Assembly (NCBI GenBank): GCA_032250835.1
Contig: JAVVEA010000016.1
Span: 21,845 to 85,844 of the forward strand
Reading direction: 5' to 3'
Length of the DNA: 64,000 nt
Source: a bacterium
GTDB lineage: Bacteria > SAR324 > XYD2-FULL-50-16
Below the pieces are notes generated by a model that saw only the letters and a program-made list of their open reading frames with translations, was not told the origin of the DNA and did not search any database. Positions 18,901 through 27,708 of this stretch are shown in pieces. Positions within the stretch are counted from its first letter, which is position 1; each line of letters opens with the position of its first letter. Both the position numbers and the translations under genes were made by a program.

Positions 18901-20520
18901 CCCCAAACGGACATGGTTTTGGGGGATTTTTATCTCTGCACAGTCGGCGGCCCAGTCAAAAAAGACTTTGGGGGCCAACTCGCCGCGCAGCGCATCGCGC
19001 TTGGCAGCCAGTTCCCGAACCAAAGCGGCACGGTTGGCGGCGTGTAGGAATAAGGGCTCTGGTGCGCGGTGTAAGCGGAAAGGGGTAACTGAGGTTTGCT
19101 CGTATTCTTCTAAAACATAATGGAAGTTGGTGCCGCCAAAGCCGAAGGCGCTGATCCCCGCGCGGCGCGGCGGCGCACCCAAAGCCCGAACCCAGGGCCG
19201 GGTCTCGGTATTTAAATAAACTGGGGTGCCGTCCAGGCCCAGGGCAGGATTGGGCTCGGTGACGTTGATAGTCGCCGGTAGAACCTTATGGTGCAAGGCC
19301 AGGGCGACCTTGATGAGGCCCGCAGAACCGGCGGCGTTTTTGGTGTGGCCCATCTGGCTTTTGACGCTGCCCAAGGCCATGGTCTTGCGCGGTCCCTTAC
19401 CCATAAACTGGCTTAGGGCGCTCGACTCGGTGGCGTCACCGGCCTTGGTGCCCGTACCGTGGGCTTCCCAAAGACCGACGGTCTGCGGGTCCACTCCGGC
19501 GGCTTCATAGGCGCGGTTCATGGCCAGCAGTTGGCCTTCGGCGCGGGGCGCGTAGATGGACTTAAAGCGGCCATCAGAGCTAGAGCCCACGCCTTTGATC
19601 ACCGCGTAAATCTTGTCCCCGTCCGCTTCGGCGTCTTCAAGGCGCTTGAGCAGCAACATGCCGATACCCTCGCCGATCATGATGCCCGAAGAGTTTTTAT
19701 CAAAGGGCTGCAAGACTTCGTTGGAGGTGAAGGCCGGGGTCTTAGAAAAACACAGATACATATAGATGCTGTTGTCGGTGTCCACCCCACCGGTGATCAT
19801 CATATCCGAGCGGTATTCCAACAGGTCACTGATGGCCATGCGGATGCCCGCCAAGGAACTGGCGCAGGCGGCGTCGACCACGCAGTTGGTCCCGCCTAAA
19901 TCCAAGCGGTTGGCGATCCGGCCAGCGATCACGTTGCCTAAGGTACCGGGAAAGCTCATCTCTTCCCACTTCACATAGGCCTTCTTCATCTTTTCGATCA
20001 AATGCTTGCGGTCCTCAGGCTCGACGCCTTCAGAGGCCAAAACCTTTTCCCAGATCGGCGTTTGCAGGCGGCTGATCAAAGGATTCATCAACTTCTGCCC
20101 ACCGCCGACCCCTAAAATACAGCCCGTATGGGCGCGGTCAAACTCGCGGTGCCCCTCGCCATAACCGCCGTCTTCTAAGGCGCGTTTGGCCATCACTAAA
20201 GACAACAGCTGGCTAACGTCGGTGAGCTCTAGAATATTGGGCGGAAGCCCCCACTCGATGGGGTTGAACTCAATCCCAGGAATGAAGCCGCCTTGCTTTG
20301 AATAGGTCTTGTCCGGCTGGCTCTTGTCGGGGTCATAGTAGTCCTCAATATTCCAACGGTCCTCGGGCACCTCGCGGATGCAGTCGGCCTCTGAAAGAAT
20401 ATTTTCCCAGTAAGATTGTAGGTCTTTAGATTCGGGGAAGAGCGCCGACATGCCCACAATGGCGATCGGCGTTTTTTGCAGGCGTTTGTTGAGCTGTTTG
20501 CCAGAGCTTTTAGCGGCCAT
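12907..20520 (-). CDS. pfaA: PfaA-type iterative synthase: KS - MAT - 6xACP - KR - DH-like
   Basis: DAACASS, HGTGT and GHTK KS motifs; GHSFG and AFH MAT motifs; six LG(I/V)DSIKRVEI ACPs; KR GGAKGVT ... DYALAN; C-terminal DHSIGGKPVLP. Confidence 0.95.
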   Translation of the reverse strand: MAAKSSGKQLNKRLQKTPIAIVGMSALFPESKDLQSYWENILSEADCIREVPEDRWNIEDYYDPDKSQPDKTYSKQGGFIPGIEFNPIEWGLPPNILELTDVSQLLSLVMAKRALEDGGYGEGHREFDRAHTGCILGVGGGQKLMNPLISRLQTPIWEKVLASEGVEPEDRKHLIEKMKKAYVKWEEMSFPGTLGNVIAGRIANRLDLGGTNCVVDAACASSLAGIRMAISDLLEYRSDMMITGGVDTDNSIYMYLCFSKTPAFTSNEVLQPFDKNSSGIMIGEGIGMLLLKRLEDAEADGDKIYAVIKGVGSSSDGRFKSIYAPRAEGQLLAMNRAYEAAGVDPQTVGLWEAHGTGTKAGDATESSALSQFMGKGPRKTMALGSVKSQMGHTKNAAGSAGLIKVALALHHKVLPATINVTEPNPALGLDGTPVYLNTETRPWVRALGAPPRRAGISAFGFGGTNFHYVLEEYEQTSVTPFRLHRAPEPLFLHAANRAALVRELAAKRDALRGELAPKVFFDWAADCAEIKIPQNHVRLGLVATDAVEAANLLDTALEGLNKNTDERAFSLPEGIHYREVALEGAVAALFAGQGSPYLNMGKDLVWNFPSFEAGFAQMDALFAEEPEALSQVVFPVPTFDAAERKAQETRLQLTENAQPAIGVFSRGLYRLMSDAGFKADMAAGHSFGELTALWAAGVLSESDYMSLAQARGAAMKAQDGVDAGGMMAVMGQVEGIEAQIKEFKDLKAANYNSKKQVVLAGPKDQLELAATKLKAQKFSCVMLGVSAAFHTPLVGHAQKPFAQAIAKASFKAPKIPVYSNASGKAHPQDPKKIQKALEEHILHSVRFVDEIEAMYEAGARIFVEFGPQSILSKLTGNILNGKEHVCVALNASAKGSGDLQLRRAYAELKVLGLELGQLDPYALRKEPVLIKPSPASVTLTGANYVSPQTRKNFADALVDGHKIRQATPIVQAAAPVAAPVVPAAVQSPAVAPKNPEPPAMNPQDHEVLAAVSQSLKDFQSHQAETIRVHEQFLTNQNEYSRSFFAVLQSPAAAQLAAQIEGFTQHQNETLRIHENYLNHQAEFAEQAFRVIEQQQTILGGSLGTSPRPARPATPATPAPRPAPVAPQRTPPVAPQPIAPKPTAPAPTPVVPPRPQPVAPVASASVEVKTALMAVVAEKTGYQAEMLDLSMDLESDLGIDSIKRVEILYALQEKLPSLGEVNPDSLSELRTLGEIVRSLGGSAAAVPVAAKAPAVSAHGGRTLGEDVLFHLLGVISRKTGYAHEMLDPEMDLESDLGVDSIKRVEILYALQEGMPQLPTLKPEALAELRTLQQIADHISQQAGGVSGTSVAPAAASAKAAPAAQGGAEVTTALLAVVADKTGYQADMLDLSMDLESDLGIDSIKRVEILYAIQEKLPSLGEVNPEALSSLRTLGQIAEALGASAPAPAAPAKAAPAAAAPAPTGGMDVVGALMAVVAEKTGYQAEMLDLGMDLESDLGIDSIKRVEILYAIQEKLPSLGEVNPEALSSLRTLGQIAEALGASAPAPAAPAHAAPASAAPAPTGGMDVVGALMAVVAEKTGYQAEMLDLGMDLESDLGIDSIKRVEILYALQEKLPALGEVNPDALSSLRTLGQIAEQLGGSQAAAPAPAAAVAASGPGPEAEAALLAVVAEKTGYQAEMLDLAMDLESDLGIDSIKRVEILYALQEKLPSLGELNPEALSSLRTLGEIAEAVKKKSPELAATPGALERAQGPRAGRLPVSLQALAQPDRLLVHPPEGCQILLAGDPAQAAKLTKALKAAGWAQVLFLTLPGQKTAAGLKGPQLAQLDDASLAAALAEARQTAPIGGFLYLHPHFDGKDWFSDAEAALVQSVFFLAKALKEDLSQGFNQGRSCFMVATQLDGQLGWAAKSQFGAYGGGLSGLVKTLKVEWPQVFCRMVDLEPGLDPVGPILSEWADSDLLLGETGWTQKGRWTLVARKEAFNAELAPISSKEVFLVSGGAKGVTAKSVVALAQASQAGFILLGRSPLGDEPAWALGQTDEPHLKAAAIKALQAQGEKPTPVKVQSMINQVLGLREIHQTLAAIEAAGGRAAYLAADVTDPKAIQQALKATDLGPVTGLIHGAGVLADKLIEKKSFGDYEKVVGTKVGGLKALLDALDPKELKYLTLFSSSAGFYGNLGQSDYALANEVLNKAAQLFVKRYPKAKVVSFNWGPWEGGMVTPQLQRLFESRGVEVIPAAAGTAALVDEMSAKRGPNQLVIGSGMVTPLPPSGPLESYQIERDVDPKALKGFKDHSIGGKPVLPMVFALAWMAEGAAKLYPGYHVAAVVSVKVLKGVVLDQKTRFTLDLKEGEKGEQGIWLEAKLTSPGKKLPMIHYSARINLAMGPPPKARRDFAPKPGADASKLYQDKTLFHGPAFQGILEVIHQEDRKLSLRCGLKPLSGLGPFAPVMLNPLADDQALQALLVQARFLTGNASLPLSIDAFHPFAPAPMDQPFYLLLKVREADPGRLKADVSLVDGQGNVFSEMIGAEVTISENLNEKF
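15335..17030 (-). repeat. Six tandem ACP-coding repeats with Ala/Pro linkers
   Basis: Six copies of KTGY..EMLD..MDLESDLG.DSIKRVEIL; copies 4 and 5 are nearly identical at DNA level with a 297-bp period. Confidence 0.92.
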
Positions 20521-20658
20521 AGGGGGGAGGTCTCGGTTTCATTGGGGCAAAAAAGCCCGGTCGTTATGGGGTTCAGGCCGCCCAAAGCAGGACTGGCGGC
20601 AACCCGGTTCCCCTATTCTTAATCCAATTGAAACCGAAATTCAAGCTTTAGACCAAGT

Positions 20659-21615
20659 TTATGACAGCCCCCTTGTCATTATTTTTATTGCTTCAGCAAC
20701 CATCCTAGAAATCAGCTCTTTACAAGTCGGAATATCTTCGATCAACCCCACCGACTGACCGCAGGCAAAAAGAAAGTGATCGATTTCACCGGCTTCTAAG
20801 GCCTTCAGACCCAACCGGCCCGAAAGATGCGGGGCCAATTCGGCCAACTCGGCCCCGGCCTGCTCCATGGCCAACACCTTTTCGGCCTGTTGGTTGCGCA
20901 GAACCCGCAGGCTGTTGTTTAAGCTGCGCTCGACCAAGAGGGTCTCATTTTCTTGAGCGGCCACCAAGGCTTCTTTGATCTTCTGGTGCACCGGTGCTTC
21001 CTGGGTCGCCAAGAACCGGGTGCCCATGTTCACCCCTTCGGCACCCAAGGCCAACGAGGCAGCCAAGCCGCGCCCGTCGGCGATCCCGCCCGAGGCAATG
21101 ACCGGAATTTTGAGCGCCGCGGCCACCCGAGGGATCAACACCAAACCGCCCACATCCTGCTCGCCGGGATGCCCGGCGCATTCAAAGCCGTCGATGCTAA
21201 CCACGTCCACGCCGATCTTCTCGGCCTTAAGGGCATGTTTTAAGCTGGTGCATTTATGGATCACCTTCACCCCGGCGCTCTTGAGCAAGGCCATATAGGG
21301 CTCCGGGTTGCGCCCGGCGGTTTCGATGATCTTCACCCCCGCTTTCAAGATAACCTCGGCGTAGGCTTCGTAGGGGACCGGCTTGAGGGTCGGTAAGAAG
21401 GTGAGGTTTACGGCAAAGGGCCGGTCCGTCAGGCGGCGGATCTCGGCAATCTCTTCGGCCACCAGACCGGGCTCCGGCAGGCTCAAGGCGGTCAAGATAC
21501 CCAGCCCGCCCGCATTCGACACCGCGGCCACCAAGGGGGCCCGAGAGACCCACATCATGCCCCCCTGGACAATCGGTGCCTCAATCCCCAACAACTCAGT
21601 GAGCCTGGTTTTCAT
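20659..21615 (-). CDS. Nitronate monooxygenase / FabK-like flavin oxidoreductase
   Basis: PIVQGGM, VSNAGGLG, DGFECAGHPG, ASGGIADGRG, MGTRF. Confidence 0.88.
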   Translation of the reverse strand: MKTRLTELLGIEAPIVQGGMMWVSRAPLVAAVSNAGGLGILTALSLPEPGLVAEEIAEIRRLTDRPFAVNLTFLPTLKPVPYEAYAEVILKAGVKIIETAGRNPEPYMALLKSAGVKVIHKCTSLKHALKAEKIGVDVVSIDGFECAGHPGEQDVGGLVLIPRVAAALKIPVIASGGIADGRGLAASLALGAEGVNMGTRFLATQEAPVHQKIKEALVAAQENETLLVERSLNNSLRVLRNQQAEKVLAMEQAGAELAELAPHLSGRLGLKALEAGEIDHFLFACGQSVGLIEDIPTCKELISRMVAEAIKIMTRGLS

Positions 21616-21616
21616 T

Positions 21617-22519
21617 TTATCCTTTTAGGGCTGCCGTTAAGGCGGGAACAAATTCCAGCAGGTCGGCGACCACGATGTATTGGGCCACTTCGCCGATGGG
21701 GGCTTCTTTGTCTTTGTTGACCGCAATGATCATCTCGGACTTTTTCATGCCCGCTAAGTGCTGCACGGCACCGGAAATGCCGCAGGCCATGTAGAGCTTA
21801 GGGGTGACCGTAGCTCCGGTACTGCCCACCTGATGGGCCGCTTCAATCCAGCCGGAGTCAACGACCGGACGGCTCGCGCCGACCTGGGCCCCGAGGGCAT
21901 CGGCCAAATCACGGATCAGTTGCAAGTTTTCGGGTTTGCCGATGCCGCGTCCGCCAGAAACGATCTTTTCGGCTTTGCTCAAGTCCACCCCTTGGGCCGG
22001 TTTGGGTTGGTAGCCCGTAAGTTGGGGGCCTTCGCCGGTGGTGATGGCAATAGATTCTTCTTGAGGGCTCCCGGCAGCCGTTGCGGCGGCGAAGGCACCG
22101 GCCTGAATGGTCACCACCACTAGGCCCGGCTTAGGGGTTACCTTGCGTTGTAGTTTCCCGTTGCAGCAGCCTAGCTGATAAAGCCCCGCATCATAGCCAA
22201 CCACCTCGCTGATCTGGGCAGCCTCTTGGGCCAAAGCCAGCCTAGGGGCTAAGTCCCAGCCATAGGCCGAGTGCATCAAGACCACTAAATCGGGTTGTTC
22301 CTGCTCGATCACCGCCAAAGCCGCCGCTTTGTGGGCCTTAGGGGCATATTCGGGGCCTTGGCCCACATACAACTTGCCCCCGAAGGCCGGGCGGTCGCTA
22401 CTGTCGCCCAGCATCAAGCCGACGGTCTCGGCCCCCATGGTCTCGGCAAAGCCCAGCAGTTCCGCAAAGCTGGCGGCCAGTTTGCCCTGGACCACTTCTC
22501 CAATCAATAAAGCTTTCAT
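21617..22519 (-). CDS. etfA: Electron transfer flavoprotein alpha subunit
   Basis: SGGRG, GASRPVVD, QVGSTG, GISGAVQH, NKDKEAPI. Confidence 0.95.
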   Translation of the reverse strand: MKALLIGEVVQGKLAASFAELLGFAETMGAETVGLMLGDSSDRPAFGGKLYVGQGPEYAPKAHKAAALAVIEQEQPDLVVLMHSAYGWDLAPRLALAQEAAQISEVVGYDAGLYQLGCCNGKLQRKVTPKPGLVVVTIQAGAFAAATAAGSPQEESIAITTGEGPQLTGYQPKPAQGVDLSKAEKIVSGGRGIGKPENLQLIRDLADALGAQVGASRPVVDSGWIEAAHQVGSTGATVTPKLYMACGISGAVQHLAGMKKSEMIIAVNKDKEAPIGEVAQYIVVADLLEFVPALTAALKG

Positions 22520-22528
22520 GGTCCCTCC

Positions 22529-23296
22529 CTATCCGATCAGTTTGTTGTCTTTTAAAATAGCCACCACCTGAGCCACCTGGGCCGAGAGGTCCCCTTCGAT
22601 CAGCTCGGCCGCTCCGCGCTTAGGCGGTGCCCCGATCTCTTTAACGCCCAGCACCGCCTCGCCCGTTCCGCTCACCTCCAAGGTTTCCATGGGCTTCTTT
22701 TTAGCCTTCATGATGTTGGGCAGCGTGGGGTAGCGGGGCTGGTTCAGGCCCAACTGGCAGGTCACCAGGGCCGGGGTAGCCAAGGTCACTTGGGCCCTGA
22801 TCCCGCCTTCTAGCTCCCGTTCGCCTTGAATCTTTCCGCCTTCAAAACTAAACTCAACCAAGGTACTGACCGAGTCGATCCCGAGCAGCTCTGCCAGCAA
22901 AATCCCCACCTGGGCCGAGCCCCGGTCTTGGGACTGCATACCCGTAAAAATCAGCTCAAAACCCTTGTCTTTGACGGCGCTGTGGATGGCGCGTGCCACC
23001 TGTAGGCTATCCTTTTGGGGTCCTTGGGGATCTAACAGGTGGATGGCCTGATCGGCACCCATGGCCAGCGCTTTTTTGAGCGCCTCACTAGACCGTTGGG
23101 GCCCGAGGCTCAAGACCGTCAAGCTGGCGGCGTCGCCTAGCTTTTCCTTCACTTGCACCGCCGCCTCGATGGCGTATTCATCATATTCATTGATGCGGAA
23201 GGCCAAGTCCGTCTCTTCAAACCAAGACCCGCCTGGGGGAACCACGAAGCGCGATTCCATATCCGCCACTTGTTTGATGCAAACCAGAATATTCAT
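22529..23296 (-). CDS. etfB: Electron transfer flavoprotein beta subunit
   Basis: ILVCIKQV, ALAMGAD, PRYPTLPNIMKAKKK. Confidence 0.95.
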   Translation of the reverse strand: MNILVCIKQVADMESRFVVPPGGSWFEETDLAFRINEYDEYAIEAAVQVKEKLGDAASLTVLSLGPQRSSEALKKALAMGADQAIHLLDPQGPQKDSLQVARAIHSAVKDKGFELIFTGMQSQDRGSAQVGILLAELLGIDSVSTLVEFSFEGGKIQGERELEGGIRAQVTLATPALVTCQLGLNQPRYPTLPNIMKAKKKPMETLEVSGTGEAVLGVKEIGAPPKRGAAELIEGDLSAQVAQVVAILKDNKLIG

Positions 23297-25287
23297 CAGC
23301 TCTCCTTCAGATTAGATTCAGGCAGCCCTTGGGCTAGTAGCTCCAACAGGTCCATGGCGACCATCTCTTGGCCCCCGTCCAGACCTTTGACGGCGTCTTC
23401 CATCATGGTCAAACAGAAGGGACAAGAAGACACCACCACCTCGGCCCCCGTTTTTTGGGCCATCTGGGCACGCTGGACACTGATCCGCGTACCCAGGTTT
23501 TCTTCGGCTAAAATCCGGCCGCCACCGGCACCACAGCAAAAACTCTCGGGCCCCGATGCGGTCATCTCGCTTAAGTCGCGCCCGGTGGCCTCGAGCAAGC
23601 CGCGGGGTTCACCATACAAGCCATTGTAGCGGCCTAAATAACAAGAGTCATGGTAGGTCACCTTGCCTGGGCTGCGGTCCAGCTTGAAGCGGAAATCCTT
23701 CCACCACTGTTCAGCCAGGGCGGTGTAATGGATCACCTCGCCCGTAAAGCCCAAATCGCGGTAGTCGCGGTTGAGGGTTTGGAAGCAATGGGGGCAGGTG
23801 GTCACCACCTTTTGGACCTTTTGCAGCGACTCGATGTTTTCGCCTGCCAAGGTTTGGTAGAGGTATTCGTTGCCCATCTTGCGGGCCGGTTCGCCGCAGC
23901 AGCGCTCGCCTTTGCCTAAGATGGCCAGCTTGACGCCCGCCGTGTGGGCGAGCTTAACAAACGCCTTAGCTACCTTCTGGTTGCGTGCGTCAAAGCTGGC
24001 GTAACAGCCCACAAAATAAAGGTAGTCCGCCTCTTCGATCGGCACCAGGGGTAAGCCCTCGGCCCAGTCGGCCCTGGCCGCCGGGGCACTGCCTAAGGGG
24101 TTATAATTGACCTCAAAGCTGTCCATCGCCTTGGCCACCTCGTCGCCAGGGAATTCCCCTTCCATCAAAGCCAAATTGCGGCGCATGCCGATGATCTTGG
24201 GGACATGTTCAATGTCGGCCGGACAGGTTTCCATACAGGCGCGGCAGGTGGTACAAGCCCAGATGGCCTCTTTACCCACCGCTTCGCTCAGGCTGCCGTC
24301 TTTCATTTCAAAACAAACCTTGCCCATATCTTGGATCAATTTCATGGGGCTCAGCGGCTTGTCGGTATTGTAAGCCGGGCAGCGGTCCTGACAGCGCTTG
24401 CAGCTAGTGCAGGCATCGGTATCGAAAATATCTTTCCAGGTCAGGTCACTAGGCTTGCCTAGCCCGAAGGACTCGGCCGACTCGTCCTCTAGGTCCAGGG
24501 TCACCAAATGCCCCTTGGGGTGGTCATCAAAAAACAGGTAGTTGATCGGCGTCAGGAAGAGGTGTTTCAGCCTCGTGAAGGGGATCATCGCCAAAAAGGC
24601 CGTGACGAGGACTAAGTGGAACCACCAAAGGCCCAGATGCAAACTGCGGATCGTTCCTTCGTCTAATAAGGCAAACCAACGCGCGAAGATCAGGCCAACG
24701 GGCGAATAGATCGCCAGGGCTTCGTTGAGGCCCACTTCGGTCACCGCCATCCGCAGGCCTTCAAGCAAAAAGCCGGTCAAGAGAATGGTGAAGAGGTTTA
24801 GATACATCCAGCCGTCGCCAGTTTCGGGCAGTAAGCCTTTAGGCCGGAGCAGGTAACGGCGGGTGAACATGCCCGCCATCATGATCAAGGCGACCAAACC
24901 ACCTAAGTCCATGGCTAAGGAAAAGGTTTTATAAAAATCCCCCTTCAAGAAGGTGATCCCCGCCAAAGGCTCTAAGATGTCCGTTTGAATAAAAATCAAG
25001 GTGGTGCCGATGAAAAGCACCAAAAAGCCCCAGAAAAAGAAATTGTGCAGGGCACCAATCCCCTTTTCACGCCCGACCTTGCCTTGGAAGAGCGCTTCAG
25101 AGAGGCCCAAAAAGAGGCGGCGGCCCAATCCGTTTAACCGGGCCAGCGAGCGCCCCTGTTTGTACACTTTTAAGCGGCGGGCAAAACCCCAAAGCATGAC
25201 GCCGGTGCCGAGCGCCGCCATCAGGTACATCAAGGGAACCGAACTGGCCGGGATGTTCCAGTAAATTTCTCGGGTATTCTCCAACAT
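23296..25287 (-). CDS. Membrane-bound Fe-S/CCG oxidoreductase (FadF / ETF:quinone oxidoreductase-like)
   Basis: N-terminal TM domain with His residues, two CxxCxxCxxxCP motifs, two CCG domains; adjacent to etfBA. Confidence 0.88.
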   Translation of the reverse strand: MLENTREIYWNIPASSVPLMYLMAALGTGVMLWGFARRLKVYKQGRSLARLNGLGRRLFLGLSEALFQGKVGREKGIGALHNFFFWGFLVLFIGTTLIFIQTDILEPLAGITFLKGDFYKTFSLAMDLGGLVALIMMAGMFTRRYLLRPKGLLPETGDGWMYLNLFTILLTGFLLEGLRMAVTEVGLNEALAIYSPVGLIFARWFALLDEGTIRSLHLGLWWFHLVLVTAFLAMIPFTRLKHLFLTPINYLFFDDHPKGHLVTLDLEDESAESFGLGKPSDLTWKDIFDTDACTSCKRCQDRCPAYNTDKPLSPMKLIQDMGKVCFEMKDGSLSEAVGKEAIWACTTCRACMETCPADIEHVPKIIGMRRNLALMEGEFPGDEVAKAMDSFEVNYNPLGSAPAARADWAEGLPLVPIEEADYLYFVGCYASFDARNQKVAKAFVKLAHTAGVKLAILGKGERCCGEPARKMGNEYLYQTLAGENIESLQKVQKVVTTCPHCFQTLNRDYRDLGFTGEVIHYTALAEQWWKDFRFKLDRSPGKVTYHDSCYLGRYNGLYGEPRGLLEATGRDLSEMTASGPESFCCGAGGGRILAEENLGTRISVQRAQMAQKTGAEVVVSSCPFCLTMMEDAVKGLDGGQEMVAMDLLELLAQGLPESNLKES

Positions 25288-25349
25288 GGGCAAAAAGATT
25301 ATAAAGGTTATTTTTAGGTTTTGAGTATAACCAGCTTATTAGGGGCTTG

Positions 25350-26492
25350 TCAGCCCTTGAGCAACTCTTTGGCGATAACAATCCGCTGGACCTCCGAGGT
25401 TCCCTCATAGATCTCGGTGATTCGGGCGTCTCGAAAGAGGCGTTCAATGTCATATTCGGCGCTATAACCGTTGCCGCCGTGTATCTGTAGAGCTTCGTTG
25501 GCGCAGAAGCTAGCCGTCTCGGCGGCCAGCAGCTTGGCGGTGGCCGAAGCCTGGGAGACGGCCTTACCTTGCCCCTTTAGCCAAGCGGCTTTGTAGGTCA
25601 CCAACCGGGCCGCTTCCAGGCGGCTGTACATATCGGCTAGCTTGAACTGGATCGCCTGAAAGTCCCCAATGGGGCGGCCAAATTGTTTACGCTCCTGGGC
25701 ATAGGCCACCGAACGGTCCAAAGCGGCCTGGGCGATACCTAAGGCCTGGGCCGCAATACTGATACGCCCGCCGTCTAAGGTCTTCATGGCGATTTTAAAG
25801 CCCTGCCCCTCTTCTCCAAGTAATTGGTCTTTAGGGATTTTTAGGCCGTCGAGCCCGAAGGCCGAAGTATAGCTGCCGCGGATACCTAGCTTTTCTTCGT
25901 TTTTGTAGAGGGTGACGCCGGGGCTGGAAAGGTCCACCACAAAGGCACTGATCCCCTTATACCCCAAGGTTCGGTCCCTGGTGGCAAAAAGAATGCCGGT
26001 GCCTAGGTAGCCACCATTGGTGATGAACTGTTTGGTGCCTTCAACCTCAAAATGATCGCCCCGGTCTACGTATTGGGTGGCCAAACTGCCCACATCGCTA
26101 CCTGCGCCCGACTCGGTCAGCATAAAACAACCGATTTTGTCTCCAGTGCAGAGCGGCTTCAGCCAGCGCTGTTTTTGCGCTTCACTGCCAAAGTGGTCTA
26201 TAGGGGAGGCGGCCAGAGACACATGGGCGGCGACCAATACGCCGGTAGAAGCACAGGCCCGCGAGATTTCTTCGATGGCTATAATATAAGACAAATAGTC
26301 CAACCCGGCACCGCCCACGGTTTCGCTAAAGGGTGCGCCCCAAATGCCCATCTCGCTTAAGGCGGTCAAAACCGCTGGGTCCAACTGGTGCTTGCGGTCC
26401 GCCTCGGCGGCCCGAGGGGCAATCTCGGCCTCGGCCATCTCTTTGATGCTCGCCTGGACCAGCCGTTGGTCTTGGTTCAGTTCAAAATCCAT
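25350..26492 (-). CDS. Short/branched-chain-type acyl-CoA dehydrogenase
   Basis: LTESGAGSD, KQFITNG, KLGIRGS, RKQFG, IYEGTSEVQR; start overlaps the thiolase stop (TGATG). Confidence 0.93.
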   Translation of the reverse strand: MDFELNQDQRLVQASIKEMAEAEIAPRAAEADRKHQLDPAVLTALSEMGIWGAPFSETVGGAGLDYLSYIIAIEEISRACASTGVLVAAHVSLAASPIDHFGSEAQKQRWLKPLCTGDKIGCFMLTESGAGSDVGSLATQYVDRGDHFEVEGTKQFITNGGYLGTGILFATRDRTLGYKGISAFVVDLSSPGVTLYKNEEKLGIRGSYTSAFGLDGLKIPKDQLLGEEGQGFKIAMKTLDGGRISIAAQALGIAQAALDRSVAYAQERKQFGRPIGDFQAIQFKLADMYSRLEAARLVTYKAAWLKGQGKAVSQASATAKLLAAETASFCANEALQIHGGNGYSAEYDIERLFRDARITEIYEGTSEVQRIVIAKELLKG

Positions 26493-27670
26493 CAGCCCTC
26501 CCAACGCTTAAATAGAGCCGCCACCGCCTCACCACCGCCAATGCAAAGGGCGACAATGCCGTAGCGCGCTTGGCGCTGGATCAGTTCTTCGACCAGCGTC
26601 ACCACCAACCGGGCTCCACTCGCCCCAACGGGATGTCCCAAGGCCACGGCTCCGCCGTTTACGTTGAGTCGGCGTGGGTCTAGGGCCAAGGCCCCAATGG
26701 CCAACAGGGGCACGGCCGCAAAGGCTTCGTTGATCTCAAAAAGATCGATGTCCTTGATCTTCAGTCGGGCCTTTTCCAAAACCCGCTGAATCGCCGGAAT
26801 GGGCGCTAAGGTAAAGTCTTTGGGGGCTAAGCTGGCAGTGGCCCAACAGACCAATTCAGCTTTAGGCACCAGGCCCCTAGCCTGAGCCTCCGCTTCACTG
26901 GCCAGCAACACCGCCGCCGCACCGTCGTTGATGCTCGAAGAGTTGGCCGCCGTCAGGCTGCCTTGGGGATCAAAAACAGGCTTAAGTTGGGGGATTTTAT
27001 CAAACTTCACCTTGCCGGGCTCTTCGTCGGTATCTACCACCATATAGCCTTTGCGGTCTTCTATGGTGATGGGCAAGATTTCTTTGGCTAGGCGGCCATT
27101 GCGCTGCGCATCCAGCGCCGCTTGGTAGCTGCGCAGACAGAATTCGTCTTGGGCGTCCCTTGAAATTTGTTTGCCCTTTAGTTGCTGTTCCACCAACCAG
27201 CCCATGGGCTGGCCCGAGTCGGGGTCCGTCAGGGCGTCATGAAAGAGCAAATCCACCAAGGGCTTGTCCCCAGAGCGCAATCCAGCACGGGCCTTTAACA
27301 AGCCATGGGGCGCTTGGGACATAGATTCCATCCCGCCAGCGAGCACCAACCGGGACTCTGAAGTTAAGATCGAAGCCCCACCGAGCATTAAGGACTTCAG
27401 GCCGGACCCGCAAACCTTGTTGATGGTCATGGCGGCCGTGGCGTCATCCAGGCCGGCCAAACGCATGGCCTGACGCGCCGGAGCTTGGCCCGAACCGGCT
27501 TGGATCACCTGACCCAAGACCACCTCGTCGATGGCCTTGGGACCCAAGTCGTTGCGTTGGATCAGGGACCCAAGCAGCGGAGCCGCCAACTGGGGGGCGC
27601 TCAGGGTAGACAAGGTGCCTCCCAGAGAGCCAAAGGGGGTCCGGATACCGTCGATGTAAAAGACTTTCAT
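26492..27670 (-). CDS. Thiolase (acetyl-CoA C-acyltransferase)
   Basis: NKVCGSG, NEAFA, GHPVGASG, LCIGGG. Confidence 0.95.
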   Translation of the reverse strand: MKVFYIDGIRTPFGSLGGTLSTLSAPQLAAPLLGSLIQRNDLGPKAIDEVVLGQVIQAGSGQAPARQAMRLAGLDDATAAMTINKVCGSGLKSLMLGGASILTSESRLVLAGGMESMSQAPHGLLKARAGLRSGDKPLVDLLFHDALTDPDSGQPMGWLVEQQLKGKQISRDAQDEFCLRSYQAALDAQRNGRLAKEILPITIEDRKGYMVVDTDEEPGKVKFDKIPQLKPVFDPQGSLTAANSSSINDGAAAVLLASEAEAQARGLVPKAELVCWATASLAPKDFTLAPIPAIQRVLEKARLKIKDIDLFEINEAFAAVPLLAIGALALDPRRLNVNGGAVALGHPVGASGARLVVTLVEELIQRQARYGIVALCIGGGEAVAALFKRWEG

Positions 27671-27708
27671 CGGCCTACCTGGCGCAGGTTACCCCCTCTA
27701 GTTGTCGC

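Noticed and set aside
4379-20520. Heterocyst glycolipid, zeamine-type or modular PKS cluster
   Set aside because: No terminal thioester reductase, aminotransferase or NRPS, and FabA-like DH domains are present, which fits a Pfa-type system better
4806-20758. Many short plus-strand ORFs opposite the pfa genes
   Set aside because: Typical GC-rich antisense frames with no motifs
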